Source: Chitinophagales bacterium
Lineage (GTDB): Bacteria > Bacteroidota > Bacteroidia > Chitinophagales > JABDMM01
NCBI GenBank assembly: GCA_013001465.1
Contig: JABDMM010000128.1
Coordinates: forward strand, 257 to 64,256
Reading direction: 5' to 3'
DNA length: 64,000 nt
Below are positions 28,475 through 37,151 of the stretch, one piece after another. Below the pieces are notes generated by a model. The model had not been told where the DNA came from. It saw only the letters and a program-made list of their open reading frames with translations, and did not search any database. The first letter of the stretch is position 1; each line of letters opens with the position of its first letter. The position numbers were made by a program, and so were the translations under genes.

Positions 28475-29173
28475 TCAGGCAATTTCTTTGTTCAATTCGG
28501 CATTCCCGGAGTGCTCAATAATCCCATCTCGTAAACTGATAACCCGATCAGTTCTACCTGACACCTCTCTGTCGTGTGTCACAATTATAACAGTAGTTCC
28601 TTCTTTATTTACATCACGAAAGATCTGCATCACCTCCTCTGATGTATGCGAGTCTAAAGCTCCGGTTGGTTCATCCGCAAGAATAACACTTGGTTTGTTT
28701 ATCATTGCTCTCGCAATAGCAACCCTCTGTTTTTGTCCTCCGGATAACTCGTTGGGCATATGTGTAGCCCAATCCTTCAGTCCAAACTTGTCGAGGTAAT
28801 TTAACGCTATTCTATTTCGATCTTTTCTTCCTACTTTTTGATAGTATAAGGGTAAGGCCACATTCTCCATAGCATTCTTGAATGGAAGGAGATTGAAGGA
28901 CTGAAAAACAAATCCCAGGAATTTATTTCTGTAGAATGCAGATTGCTTCTCAGAAAGGTTTTTCATGACTACATCCTCCAAAATGTATTCACCATCATCA
29001 TAGCTGTCGAGTATCCCCAAAATATTCAGCAGGGTAGACTTCCCGGATCCGGAGGGTCCCATTATTGAAACCAGTTCCCCTTTGTCAATGACCAGGTCAA
29101 TTCCTTTTAGAACATGCAAATAATTAGACTTACCGACAGGATAAGACTTATTGATACTATTTAGTGTGACCAT
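28475..29173 (-). CDS. ABC transporter ATP-binding protein (MacB/LolD-type)
   Basis: Walker A 'GPSGSGKST', signature 'LSGGQKQR' and Walker B 'ILADEPTGALD'. Confidence 0.9.
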   Translation of the reverse strand: MVTLNSINKSYPVGKSNYLHVLKGIDLVIDKGELVSIMGPSGSGKSTLLNILGILDSYDDGEYILEDVVMKNLSEKQSAFYRNKFLGFVFQSFNLLPFKNAMENVALPLYYQKVGRKDRNRIALNYLDKFGLKDWATHMPNELSGGQKQRVAIARAMINKPSVILADEPTGALDSHTSEEVMQIFRDVNKEGTTVIIVTHDREVSGRTDRVISLRDGIIEHSGNAELNKEIA

Positions 29174-29324
29174 ACAACTTTAAACATATGACGGAATAGG
29201 CAATAAAATTAATGTATTAGACCAACATCATAAATCTATCTACGAATATTATTACCATAAAGTAGCATTTCAAAAAAATTAGATTTTTTTGATTCGAGTT
29301 CAGTTCTTTAGAATTCAAATATCC

Positions 29325-29332
29325 TATATTTG
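29325..29332 (+). promoter_or_regulatory. Candidate -7 promoter element TATATTTG upstream of the peroxiredoxin gene
   Basis: Matches the Bacteroidota TAnnTTTG consensus, 22 nt upstream of the ATG at 29355. No convincing -33 TTTG occurs at canonical spacing. Confidence 0.35.
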
Positions 29333-29354
29333 TTTATTCACATAAGTTTATAGA

Positions 29355-29831
29355 ATGCCAGTCGAGATTGGAGAAAAAGCCCCTGAGTTTACCTTGTTTG
29401 ATAGTCAGAAAAATGAAGTAAGTCTCTCCGATTTTAGAGGAAGAAATGTGATACTCCTGTTTTACCCATTAGCGTTTACTGAAGTTTGTACTGAAGAGCT
29501 TTGCGGAATGAGGGATGCGCTGCATTACTATAACGACTTTGATACCGATGTTTTAGCTATTTCGGTTGATACCGCTTTCTCTCTCGAAAAGTACCGACAA
29601 GAACAGAGCTACAATTTTCCTCTTCTTTCAGATTATAACAAAGAAGTGTCGACAGATTATGATGTGCTTTACGAAGTGTTCGCACTTGGGATGCGAGGTG
29701 TATCAAAGCGAGCAGTATTTTTGATTGATAGGGAAGGTATAACTCGGCACAAAGAGGTATTGGAAAATGCTATGGAGTTACCTGATTTCAATAAGCTTCA
29801 AACTGAACTTAAGATTATCAATAGCATATAA
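29355..29831 (+). CDS. Peroxiredoxin (AhpC/TSA, Bcp-like)
   Basis: 'FYPLAFTEVCTEELC' carries the peroxidatic Cys context (PxxxTxxC). 158 aa. Confidence 0.8.
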   Translation: MPVEIGEKAPEFTLFDSQKNEVSLSDFRGRNVILLFYPLAFTEVCTEELCGMRDALHYYNDFDTDVLAISVDTAFSLEKYRQEQSYNFPLLSDYNKEVSTDYDVLYEVFALGMRGVSKRAVFLIDREGITRHKEVLENAMELPDFNKLQTELKIINSI

Positions 29832-29834
29832 AAG

Positions 29835-30311
29835 ATGTTGCAGATCAATAAATTTAATGTAAGAGTTTACGGCATTTTGTTTAATGCTAATGGTAAAATA
29901 CTTGTCGAAGACACTATCATTCGTGGTCATAATTATACAAAGCTTCCTGGTGGCGGACTTGAATTTGGAGAAAGTACTCACGATTGTTTGATTCGTGAGT
30001 TTAAAGAAGAGACAGATATTGATATCGAAGTATCTGATCATTTTTATACTACAGATATCTTTCAGCCTTCTGCGTTTGACGATTGCAGTCAGGTAATTAG
30101 CATTTACTACTTTATAGAATCTCAGAACCTTCATAAGCTCGAAAGCTCAGGGAAGAAATTTGATCTTGACACAATGAATGGTATTATTTCTTCTTTCAGA
30201 TGGGTACACCCTGAAAATTTGTTGAGAGAAAATTATTTTACACTTCCATTGGATAGGATTGTAGGTTCAATGTTGATCGACTACAAGAAATCTGATATTT
30301 ATGCAAAGTAA
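29835..30311 (+). CDS. NUDIX hydrolase
   Basis: Nudix box 'PGGGLEFGESTHDCLIREFKEETD'. Confidence 0.8.
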   Translation: MLQINKFNVRVYGILFNANGKILVEDTIIRGHNYTKLPGGGLEFGESTHDCLIREFKEETDIDIEVSDHFYTTDIFQPSAFDDCSQVISIYYFIESQNLHKLESSGKKFDLDTMNGIISSFRWVHPENLLRENYFTLPLDRIVGSMLIDYKKSDIYAK

Positions 30312-31509
30312 GAAGGTAAGCTTCACTAATTCTGAAGGAAAGAAACTATCTGCCAGAATAGAACTCCCGCTGAAATCCGACCCTGCTGCATATGCAATAT
30401 TTGCACATTGCTTTACATGCAACAAAAATTTAAATGCTGTCAGAAATATCAGCCGGTCACTTACTAATGAGGGGATCGCAGTGTTTAGTTTCGACTTCAC
30501 AGGATTAGGTGAAAGCGAAGGGGACTTTCCAGACACCAACTTCTCTTCCAATGTTCAGGACTTGGTTGACGCAGCTGAATTTATGAAAGAAGAGTACGAA
30601 GCTCCATCGATCTTATTGGGTCATTCACTTGGTGGTGCCGCGATCATTCATGCAGCTGCAAGGATTACTGAAATTAAAGCGTTGATAACAATTGGAGCTC
30701 CTGCAGGCGCTTTGCATGTCGAGGAGCATTTCAAAGGTAAAGTGAAAGAAATAGAAGAGAAAGGATTGGCGGAAGTCAATATCGGTGGGAGACCATTCAC
30801 GATAAAAAAACAGCTTCTCGATGATCTGAGAAGCGACAAGACATTATCAGTAATAGAGAACCTGAACAAACCATTGCTTATTATGCATGCGCCATTTGAT
30901 GAGGTTGTCGGGATCGACAATGCTGCCAGAATATATACTGCTGCTAAACATCCCAAGAGTTTCATCTCACTCGATAAAGCAGACCATTTACTTTCCAATA
31001 AAGAAGATGCCCATTTTGTTGGTCGAATGATCGGAAGCTGGGTGAGTCGCTATGCCGGTATAAGAAACGAAAAGGAAGCACTGAAAACTGATCTGCAAGT
31101 CGCAGTTCGCACCGGCACATCTTTCACAACAGAAATCCAAACAGGAATACATCACCTTACAGCTGATGAACCTGTAGACGTTGGTGGTAATAACTATGGC
31201 CCATCTCCTTATGATCTTTTACTATCTGCCTTAGGCGCATGCTCCGCAATGACTTTAAGAATGTATGCTGACCGAAAAAAGTGGGATCTGAAAGAAGTTA
31301 CAGTACATTTAAAACATGGAAAAGAATACCTCGAGGACTCAAAACATAGTGGTGAATCACAAAGCAAGATCGATATGATCCAGAAGGTAATTGAAATGGA
31401 AGGCGATCTCAGTGTGGAACAACAGAAAAGGTTGTTTGAGATCGCAAGCAGGTGCCCGGTGCATAAAACACTCCTCAGCGATATCCATATTCAATCCGAA
31501 TTGAAATAA
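30301..31509 (+). CDS. Fusion protein: alpha/beta hydrolase plus OsmC/Ohr-family peroxiredoxin-like domain
   Basis: N-terminal nucleophile elbow 'GHSLGG'. C-terminal OsmC-like 'GPSPYDLLLSALGACSAMTLRMYA...RCPVHKTL'. Confidence 0.75.
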   Translation: MQSKKVSFTNSEGKKLSARIELPLKSDPAAYAIFAHCFTCNKNLNAVRNISRSLTNEGIAVFSFDFTGLGESEGDFPDTNFSSNVQDLVDAAEFMKEEYEAPSILLGHSLGGAAIIHAAARITEIKALITIGAPAGALHVEEHFKGKVKEIEEKGLAEVNIGGRPFTIKKQLLDDLRSDKTLSVIENLNKPLLIMHAPFDEVVGIDNAARIYTAAKHPKSFISLDKADHLLSNKEDAHFVGRMIGSWVSRYAGIRNEKEALKTDLQVAVRTGTSFTTEIQTGIHHLTADEPVDVGGNNYGPSPYDLLLSALGACSAMTLRMYADRKKWDLKEVTVHLKHGKEYLEDSKHSGESQSKIDMIQKVIEMEGDLSVEQQKRLFEIASRCPVHKTLLSDIHIQSELK

Positions 31510-31607
31510 ACTCGTCATTATTTTCTATCAGCAAGCCAAAATTTTGTACAGAATTTCTTAAATTGGTTGGCTCTTAAATTACTCAATACCTTTAAATACG
31601 TTGATTT

Positions 31608-33737
31608 ATGAAGATTTACAACACGGAAGATATCAGGAATGTTGTTTTACTTGGACATTCGGGAAGTGGTAAAACCACATTTGCTGAAGCCATGCTTTTT
31701 GAAGCAGGTGTTATTGGAAGAAGAGGAAGCACTTTAGGGAAAAATACGGTTTCCGATTATCATGAGATCGAACAGGAGAGAGGAAACACCATTTTCTCCA
31801 GCTTACTTTATGCTCCGTGGAAAGACTCAAAGATCAATATCATAGACACTCCCGGGTTGGACGATTTTGTAGGAGAGCTGATTCCGGCACTGAGAGTAGG
31901 AGATACCGGAGTAATGATGATCAATGCTCAACATGGTGTTGAGGTTGGTACTGAAATGATCTGGGAATATGTTGATAGGTTTAAAACCCCTACATTATTT
32001 GTAGTTAACCAGGTTGACCATGAGAAATCTGATTTTGAATTGACATTGGACCAGGTTAGAAATCGATTCGGGAATAAAGTACTTCCAATGCAATATCCTT
32101 ACAATCAAGGTGAAGGTTTTAATGCCATCATCGATGCATTGAAGATGGTGATGTACGTTTTCCCGGATGATGGAGGTAAACCTAAAAAAGAGGAAATCCC
32201 TGATGATCATATCGAAAGAGCACAGGGAATGCATAATGCACTGGTAGAGGCTGCTGCAGAGAACGATGAAGCGCTTATGGAAGTGTTTTTCGATGCCGGA
32301 ACGCTATCGGAAGAAGAAATGACAAAAGGACTTCGTATTGCCATCGCAAACCAACAAGTCTATCCATTGTTTTGTTGCTCATCTGAGAAAAATATGGGAA
32401 GTGGACGAGTTATGGGATTCATACACGATATCTGTCCTTCCCCGGCAGACGTTCCACCTGTAGAACTTGAAAATGGCGAAACACTCAAGATCGATTCCAA
32501 TGGGGAAAAAGTAGCCTTCATCTTTAAAACAGTTTCTGAACAGAACCTTGGAAATATGTCCTTTTTCAAAGTGTATTCTGGAGAGATCCAAACCAGCGAT
32601 GAATTTATCAATGCTGATAATGATCAGCATGAACGCTTGAATCAGCTTTACATATTACATGGAAAGAACAGAGAGAACGTGGATGCTCTGAAAGCAGGAG
32701 ATATCGGTTCGACAGTTAAACTGAAGAACACGCATACCAATAATACTTTACTGGTTAAAGGAAGCAATAGCAAAATAAGACCAATCAACTTTCCGGCCTC
32801 CAGAGCAAGAGTTGCGGTGAGACCACCTAATAAAAGCGATATTGAAAAACTAGCCAATGCACTTCATACTATACGGGAAGAAGATCCAACATTGCATGTA
32901 GAACATTCACAAGAATTAAGGCAGACAATATTACATGGAATGGGTTCTCTTCATCTCGATATTGTTAAATGGAAAATTGAACATTTGTATAAGATGGATA
33001 TTGATTTTATGGAACCTCGTATTCCATATCGGGAAACGATTCAGAAAGCTGCAAGGTCAAACTATAGACATAAAAAACAATCAGGTGGAGCCGGACAATT
33101 TGGAGAGGTTCATTTGTTGATCGAACCTTATTATGAGGGTATGCCGGCACCTGACGGACTTAGTGTTAGACGGCAGGAAGAGCATCCATTAGAGTGGGGA
33201 GGGCTTCTGGTATTTAATAACTGTATTGTTGGAGGCGCGATAGATGCAAAGTATATGAATGCGATTTTGAAAGGAGTATTGCAGAAAATGCACGATGGTC
33301 CTTTAACAGGGTCATATTGCAGAGATATTCGGGTTAGTATTTATGATGGGAAAATGCATCCTGTTGATTCTAATGATATGGCTTTCCAGATCGCCGGAGC
33401 AATGGCATTTAAAAGTGCTTTTCAGGAAGCGAGTCCGCAGTTACTTGAACCAATATATGAGTTAGAAGTTCTGATCGTTGATGATGTTATGGGTGATGTA
33501 ATGAGCGACTTACAATCTAGACGCTCTATCATATTAGGTATGGAAGCTGAAGGGCATTTTCAAAAGATCAAAGCAAAAGTTCCCCTCTCAGAGCTATACA
33601 TGTATACGTCCTCACTCAAGTCGCTGACACAGGGTCGGTCTAAGTTCTCAATGAAATTTACAGAGTTTGCTCCTGTGCCGCACGAGATACAACAAAAACT
33701 GATCGAAGCTCATCAAGAAGAGCTACAGGATGCTTAA
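31608..33737 (+). CDS. Elongation factor G paralogue (divergent GTPase motifs)
   Basis: G1 'GHSGSGKTT', G3 'DTPG', G4 'NQVD'. EF-G domains II-V are recognisable ('SFFKVYSG', 'EPIYELEV'). Confidence 0.75.
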   Translation: MKIYNTEDIRNVVLLGHSGSGKTTFAEAMLFEAGVIGRRGSTLGKNTVSDYHEIEQERGNTIFSSLLYAPWKDSKINIIDTPGLDDFVGELIPALRVGDTGVMMINAQHGVEVGTEMIWEYVDRFKTPTLFVVNQVDHEKSDFELTLDQVRNRFGNKVLPMQYPYNQGEGFNAIIDALKMVMYVFPDDGGKPKKEEIPDDHIERAQGMHNALVEAAAENDEALMEVFFDAGTLSEEEMTKGLRIAIANQQVYPLFCCSSEKNMGSGRVMGFIHDICPSPADVPPVELENGETLKIDSNGEKVAFIFKTVSEQNLGNMSFFKVYSGEIQTSDEFINADNDQHERLNQLYILHGKNRENVDALKAGDIGSTVKLKNTHTNNTLLVKGSNSKIRPINFPASRARVAVRPPNKSDIEKLANALHTIREEDPTLHVEHSQELRQTILHGMGSLHLDIVKWKIEHLYKMDIDFMEPRIPYRETIQKAARSNYRHKKQSGGAGQFGEVHLLIEPYYEGMPAPDGLSVRRQEEHPLEWGGLLVFNNCIVGGAIDAKYMNAILKGVLQKMHDGPLTGSYCRDIRVSIYDGKMHPVDSNDMAFQIAGAMAFKSAFQEASPQLLEPIYELEVLIVDDVMGDVMSDLQSRRSIILGMEAEGHFQKIKAKVPLSELYMYTSSLKSLTQGRSKFSMKFTEFAPVPHEIQQKLIEAHQEELQDA

Positions 33738-33741
33738 ATAA

Positions 33742-33775
33742 AAAAAGGCGAGGATGTCAAATTCCTCGCCTTTTT
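33742..33775. terminator. Bidirectional rho-independent terminator between the EF-G paralogue and yceI
   Basis: A-run, then stem ggcgagga (33747-33754), an 8-nt loop, stem tcctcgcc (33763-33770), then TTTTT. Confidence 0.8.
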
Positions 33776-33794
33776 ACCTTAACCAAAAACCCTT

Positions 33795-34421
33795 TTATTT
33801 TGTAGATGCGCTGGTTGCAACTAAATTGAATGTAATATCAAAGTCGTCATATATCATTTTGTCTCCAAGATTATCGAAGAATGAACCGGACCCGTATTGA
33901 ACGTTCCATTTTGATCTGTCGATGGTAGCAGTTCCATTTGCCATAAGTTGATCATTTTTCATTATTACGACCGCAGGAAAACTGATCTCATGTGTTATTC
34001 CTTTAATAGTGAGGTTACCTACTATTGTGTGATTTGCCTCTCCGTCTTTTGCTCCTTTTATAGGGATGAACTTTGTGGCGTTAAACATGGCTTCCGGATG
34101 AGTTTTCACACCAAAGAAATCATCAGATTTCAAGTGGCCGACTAGCTTCTGATTTGTCCCTTCATTTTCGATATCGAGACATACAATTGAGTTCATATCT
34201 ATGGTAATATCTGTGCTGTTTACCGAGCTTCCTTTTACCCAAACTGACCCATCAGATAAACTGATTGTTCCATTATGAGACCCTGTTACCTTTGAGCCGG
34301 TCCACAAAACTTTGCTTTTTTCTGTATCGACGGAAAATTCAGTAGCATCGCTGCCAGGGTTAGAAAATGCTGTACCGATCATAAAAACTACAGCTGTTGC
34401 GATCATCAATATTTTTTTCAT
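33795..34421 (-). CDS. YceI-family periplasmic polyisoprenoid-binding-like protein
   Basis: Signal peptide, 'VLWTGSKVTGSHNGTI' and 'GNLTIKGITHEISFP' are typical YceI blocks. Confidence 0.75.
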   Translation of the reverse strand: MKKILMIATAVVFMIGTAFSNPGSDATEFSVDTEKSKVLWTGSKVTGSHNGTISLSDGSVWVKGSSVNSTDITIDMNSIVCLDIENEGTNQKLVGHLKSDDFFGVKTHPEAMFNATKFIPIKGAKDGEANHTIVGNLTIKGITHEISFPAVVIMKNDQLMANGTATIDRSKWNVQYGSGSFFDNLGDKMIYDDFDITFNLVATSASTK

Positions 34422-34461
34422 TTTTTTAAAGTTTAGTAATTAAGAAATTTGTTGTTTTTTT

Positions 34462-34494
34462 ATGTTGTCTATATTATAATTGTCTATACAAATG
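34462..34494. promoter_or_regulatory. Operator-like motif pair upstream of yceI (atgttgtctata ... ttgtctatacaaatg)
   Basis: The TTGTCTATACAA half-palindrome lies at 34480-34491. The direct repeat 'ttgtctata' occurs at 34465 and 34480. The motif is shared with the sites at 34977, 35085 and 20368/20401. Confidence 0.45.
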
Positions 34495-34510
34495 TTGGGC
34501 CAAATTTTTT

Positions 34511-34960
34511 TTATCCTCTCAATTTATCAAGTAGGTCACTGATTTGTTTTGCTTCTTTTGCCATAATATTTTGGAACAATTCGTTCTCAGTTGACTTTAA
34601 AAGTGGGTCAATGTTTTCTAACAACTTCAGACCCTTTTTTGTTATAGAAATTTCTACTTTTCTTCTATTATTTTCACATTGTATCCGATCTACAAAACCT
34701 TTTAATCTCAGCTTTTCAACCAATCGGGTAGTATTACTGGATTTGTGGATCATCCTATGTTGAATATCCATAAGATTTATTGCTTTACCTTTCTGTCCAC
34801 GAAGAATTCTGAGCACATTATACTGTTGCTGTGAAAGGTCAAACTCTCTAAACATATGGTTCCAGTTTTCCATCAACCAATTTGCTGTAAATACAATATT
34901 CAAGTAGGCGCGCTGAAAATCGCTTGTGAATGTGCTTTGTATTTCTTGTTCTAGTTTCAA
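34511..34960 (-). CDS. MarR-family transcriptional regulator
   Basis: Winged-HTH region 'LSQQQYNVLRILRGQKGKAINLMDIQHRMIHKSSNTTRLVEKLRLKGFVDR'. Confidence 0.8.
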   Translation of the reverse strand: MKLEQEIQSTFTSDFQRAYLNIVFTANWLMENWNHMFREFDLSQQQYNVLRILRGQKGKAINLMDIQHRMIHKSSNTTRLVEKLRLKGFVDRIQCENNRRKVEISITKKGLKLLENIDPLLKSTENELFQNIMAKEAKQISDLLDKLRG

Positions 34961-34976
34961 TGTTGTATTAATTACT

Positions 34977-34990
34977 ATTGTATATACAAT
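34977..34990. promoter_or_regulatory. 14-bp perfect palindrome ATTGTATATACAAT, a candidate MarR auto-operator
   Basis: Read directly from the sequence. It lies 17 nt upstream of the marR start codon. Confidence 0.5.
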
Positions 34991-35084
34991 AAAAGTACCT
35001 ACAAAGTTTTAAACTTTCAAACTTTTTTGAAAAAAAACTTTAAAAAGTTGGGACGAATCTCTTATAAATAAACTTAATATCATC

Positions 35085-35094
35085 TTGTATACAA
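35085..35094. promoter_or_regulatory. 10-bp perfect palindrome TTGTATACAA, an operator-like site upstream of orf 35134
   Basis: Read directly from the sequence. It lies about 40 nt upstream of the ATG at 35134 and has the same half-sites as 34977-34990. Confidence 0.4.
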
Positions 35095-35133
35095 ATACTT
35101 AAATTATTAGTTTTACGTTTACAAATAATTAAA

Positions 35134-35424
35134 ATGGATCGTTCTTCCGCAATACATGTTGCAAAAGAATTAATTCCTTATCTAACCTTCCCTGATATTG
35201 ATGTATTAACAAGTAAAAACCTGATGAAAGAGAGAGACGAGGAGATTAAGAAGGCATTGCTTTTAGGTAACGGAGACCATGAGAAGGTGAGAATCTATTT
35301 TGAGGATAAATTCAGCTTGAAACAAGTTGAAACTACGATCTGGGGAATGACAGAAAAACATATCATTCTGAAAAAAAATACGCTGATCCCCAAAAAAGCC
35401 ATTCGCAAGATCCATTTTAACTAA
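35134..35424 (+). CDS. Hypothetical protein (96 aa)
   Basis: Clean ORF in an intergenic-free context with a plausible ATG. I recognise no motif. Confidence 0.5.
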   Translation: MDRSSAIHVAKELIPYLTFPDIDVLTSKNLMKERDEEIKKALLLGNGDHEKVRIYFEDKFSLKQVETTIWGMTEKHIILKKNTLIPKKAIRKIHFN

Positions 35425-35508
35425 TTTCTTCGCATAAAGCAACGGCTAATTTTCAGTTTTTATCAAATAATTGTTAAATTGATCCTAGAATCAAATTTAG
35501 TTAGGCGT

Positions 35509-35754
35509 ATGAACATTACATTTAACGAATTAAGAAAAATCAAGGACAGTCTTCCGGATGGCAGCATCCACCAGATCGCTGATGAACTAGGGATCACTGT
35601 TGAAACCGTGAGGAATTATTTTGGAGGTTATAACTTCCAAAGTGGAGAGCCGATGGGTATCAATATAGAACAAGGTCCTGATGGTGGAATTGTGCACCTT
35701 GAAGACACCACTATTCTTGATAAAGCACGGGAATTAATAAGTGCAAGCAACTAA
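35509..35754 (+). CDS. Small protein with putative helix-turn-helix
   Basis: 'SIHQIADELGITVETVRNYF' is HTH-like. I chose the ATG at 35509 rather than the TTG at 35479 given in the track. Confidence 0.45.
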   Translation: MNITFNELRKIKDSLPDGSIHQIADELGITVETVRNYFGGYNFQSGEPMGINIEQGPDGGIVHLEDTTILDKARELISASN

Positions 35755-35780
35755 AAGATGAATTACAAGTGAAAAATATA

Positions 35781-35817
35781 AGCAGAAGTAAACAATAAAA
35801 CTTCTGCTTTTTTTTTG
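35781..35817. terminator. Rho-independent terminator after orf 35509-35754 (may also serve the convergent HAD gene)
   Basis: Stem agcagaag (35781-35788) pairs with cttctgct (35801-35808), followed by T9. Confidence 0.75.
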
Positions 35818-35833
35818 CTTGTTACTCTTGTCT

Positions 35834-36493
35834 TTATATCTCTAATTCTTGCAAATCGTTTAGATCTTCAATTTGAAAATCTGCAATGCTCCATTGTGGC
35901 CAGGAGGATTGTGTTTTCTCCGGCATAACCACAACATTCATTTTAGCAGCTTTAGCAGAGATCATCCCATAAAGTGAATCTTCTACGACAAGGCAATGCT
36001 GTGTATCGATATCCAACTCTTTCGCTGTAAGTATATAGACTTCAGGGTGTGGTTTTCCATAAGTTACTTCGAATGCAGATTTAATGATAGAAAAGTAATC
36101 TCGAATTTCAAATTTGTTGAGAACTGCGTCGATGAGTTCAGGATGAGATGATGTACACAAGCCAATCTTATATCCCATGCTTCTACAGAATTCCAGTGAA
36201 TTCAAAAGACCGTTGATCGATTTTCCTTTATGAGCGATCAACAACTTCATTTCTTCAATAATTTCTCTGGTTACTACTTCAACAGACTTACCCTTCCATG
36301 GTTTTCGACTGTACCAGAATTGAATAACCTCGTCTGTCCGAAAACCTCTGGTCATTTCACAATCCTCTTCTGAAAGCTCTAAACCTATATTTTTAAAAAC
36401 TTTAATCTCTGCTTCTTTCCACAATGGTTCAGAGTCAATGATTACTCCATCCATATCATAGATCACAGCAAGAATTTTATTTCCATTTAACAT
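35834..36493 (-). CDS. HAD-superfamily phosphatase (beta-phosphoglucomutase/hexitol-phosphatase-like)
   Basis: Motif I 'VIYDMDGVIIDSE', motif II 'LCTSS', and 'VVEDSLYGMISAKAAKM'. Confidence 0.8.
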   Translation of the reverse strand: MLNGNKILAVIYDMDGVIIDSEPLWKEAEIKVFKNIGLELSEEDCEMTRGFRTDEVIQFWYSRKPWKGKSVEVVTREIIEEMKLLIAHKGKSINGLLNSLEFCRSMGYKIGLCTSSHPELIDAVLNKFEIRDYFSIIKSAFEVTYGKPHPEVYILTAKELDIDTQHCLVVEDSLYGMISAKAAKMNVVVMPEKTQSSWPQWSIADFQIEDLNDLQELEI

Positions 36494-37085
36494 AATAGAT
36501 GATCTGATTAAAAATTAGCAAGGTTTTGATCCTTTTCTCTTCGACAACTTCCAAGTTAAGGTTTGTGAAGATTTCTTTCCATTCTCTATCTGTTTTATGA
36601 CTGAAGTTTAAATCTGAATAGCCCAGGTTAATTAAAGCATCAATCAAAAACAGCATCCACTTTTGTAACCTGTTGTAGAATACATCTTCTAAAATAACTA
36701 TATCGTTTGCTATTCTTGATGTCTCCTTGAGGAGCTCGATCGGATCCTTGGTGTGATGTAAAACTGCAATAAGCAGTCCGGTTTGGAACTCATCATTTTC
36801 AAATGGCAATAGTACACCGTTATAGACAATTGGTTTTACAAGTGGAGAGTATGATAGATCTTCAATATCCACCGGGGTAACGTTGTAGTTATGTTCCCGC
36901 AGCATGTGGGTTAGAAGACCGTTGCCACAGCCAATGTCGACGATACTTTCTTCAGTGCGAATGTAGTTTGATACATGATCGATCTTCCTTTGTGTCCATT
37001 TACGACCCCAATTATTGAAATATTTTTTTCTTAGAAAAGATGATTCGTGAAGGATCTTAAGGATCATGTTTACAAAGGTGATCAA
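36477..37085 (-). CDS. Class I SAM-dependent methyltransferase
   Basis: SAM motif 'IVDIGCGNG'. About 200 aa. The 3' end overlaps the HAD gene by 17 nt. Confidence 0.7.
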   Translation of the reverse strand: MITFVNMILKILHESSFLRKKYFNNWGRKWTQRKIDHVSNYIRTEESIVDIGCGNGLLTHMLREHNYNVTPVDIEDLSYSPLVKPIVYNGVLLPFENDEFQTGLLIAVLHHTKDPIELLKETSRIANDIVILEDVFYNRLQKWMLFLIDALINLGYSDLNFSHKTDREWKEIFTNLNLEVVEEKRIKTLLIFNQIIYYVKWK

Positions 37086-37102
37086 ACAGAAGGAATAAAA
37101 AA

Positions 37103-37125
37103 AGCCCGCACAGGCAATGCGGGCT
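37103..37125 (-). terminator. Rho-independent terminator downstream of metalloprotease gene 37152-38942
   Basis: Stem agcccgca pairs with tgcgggct, with a 7-nt loop. On the - strand it is followed by a T-run (aaaaaaa at 37096-37102 on +). Confidence 0.75.
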
Positions 37126-37151
37126 TTATGGCATATGAAATATGCTTAGGA

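Noticed and set aside
28371-28799. 142-aa + strand ORF. Similar long antisense ORFs occur at 15637-16047, 55975-56397, 61479-61904, 30648-30998, 27459-27809 and 47706-47978.
   Set aside because: All lie opposite strongly supported genes (ABC ATPase/permease, trkA, sufD/sufC, typA, hydrolase-OsmC, metalloprotease). None has a recognisable motif.
29778-30134. 118-aa - strand ORF
   Set aside because: It is antisense to the Nudix gene, which has a clear Nudix box.
31539-31556. Imperfect palindrome aaattTtgtacaGaattt upstream of the EF-G paralogue
   Set aside because: It has two mismatches in an AT-rich spacer and occurs only once, which is too weak to call a site.
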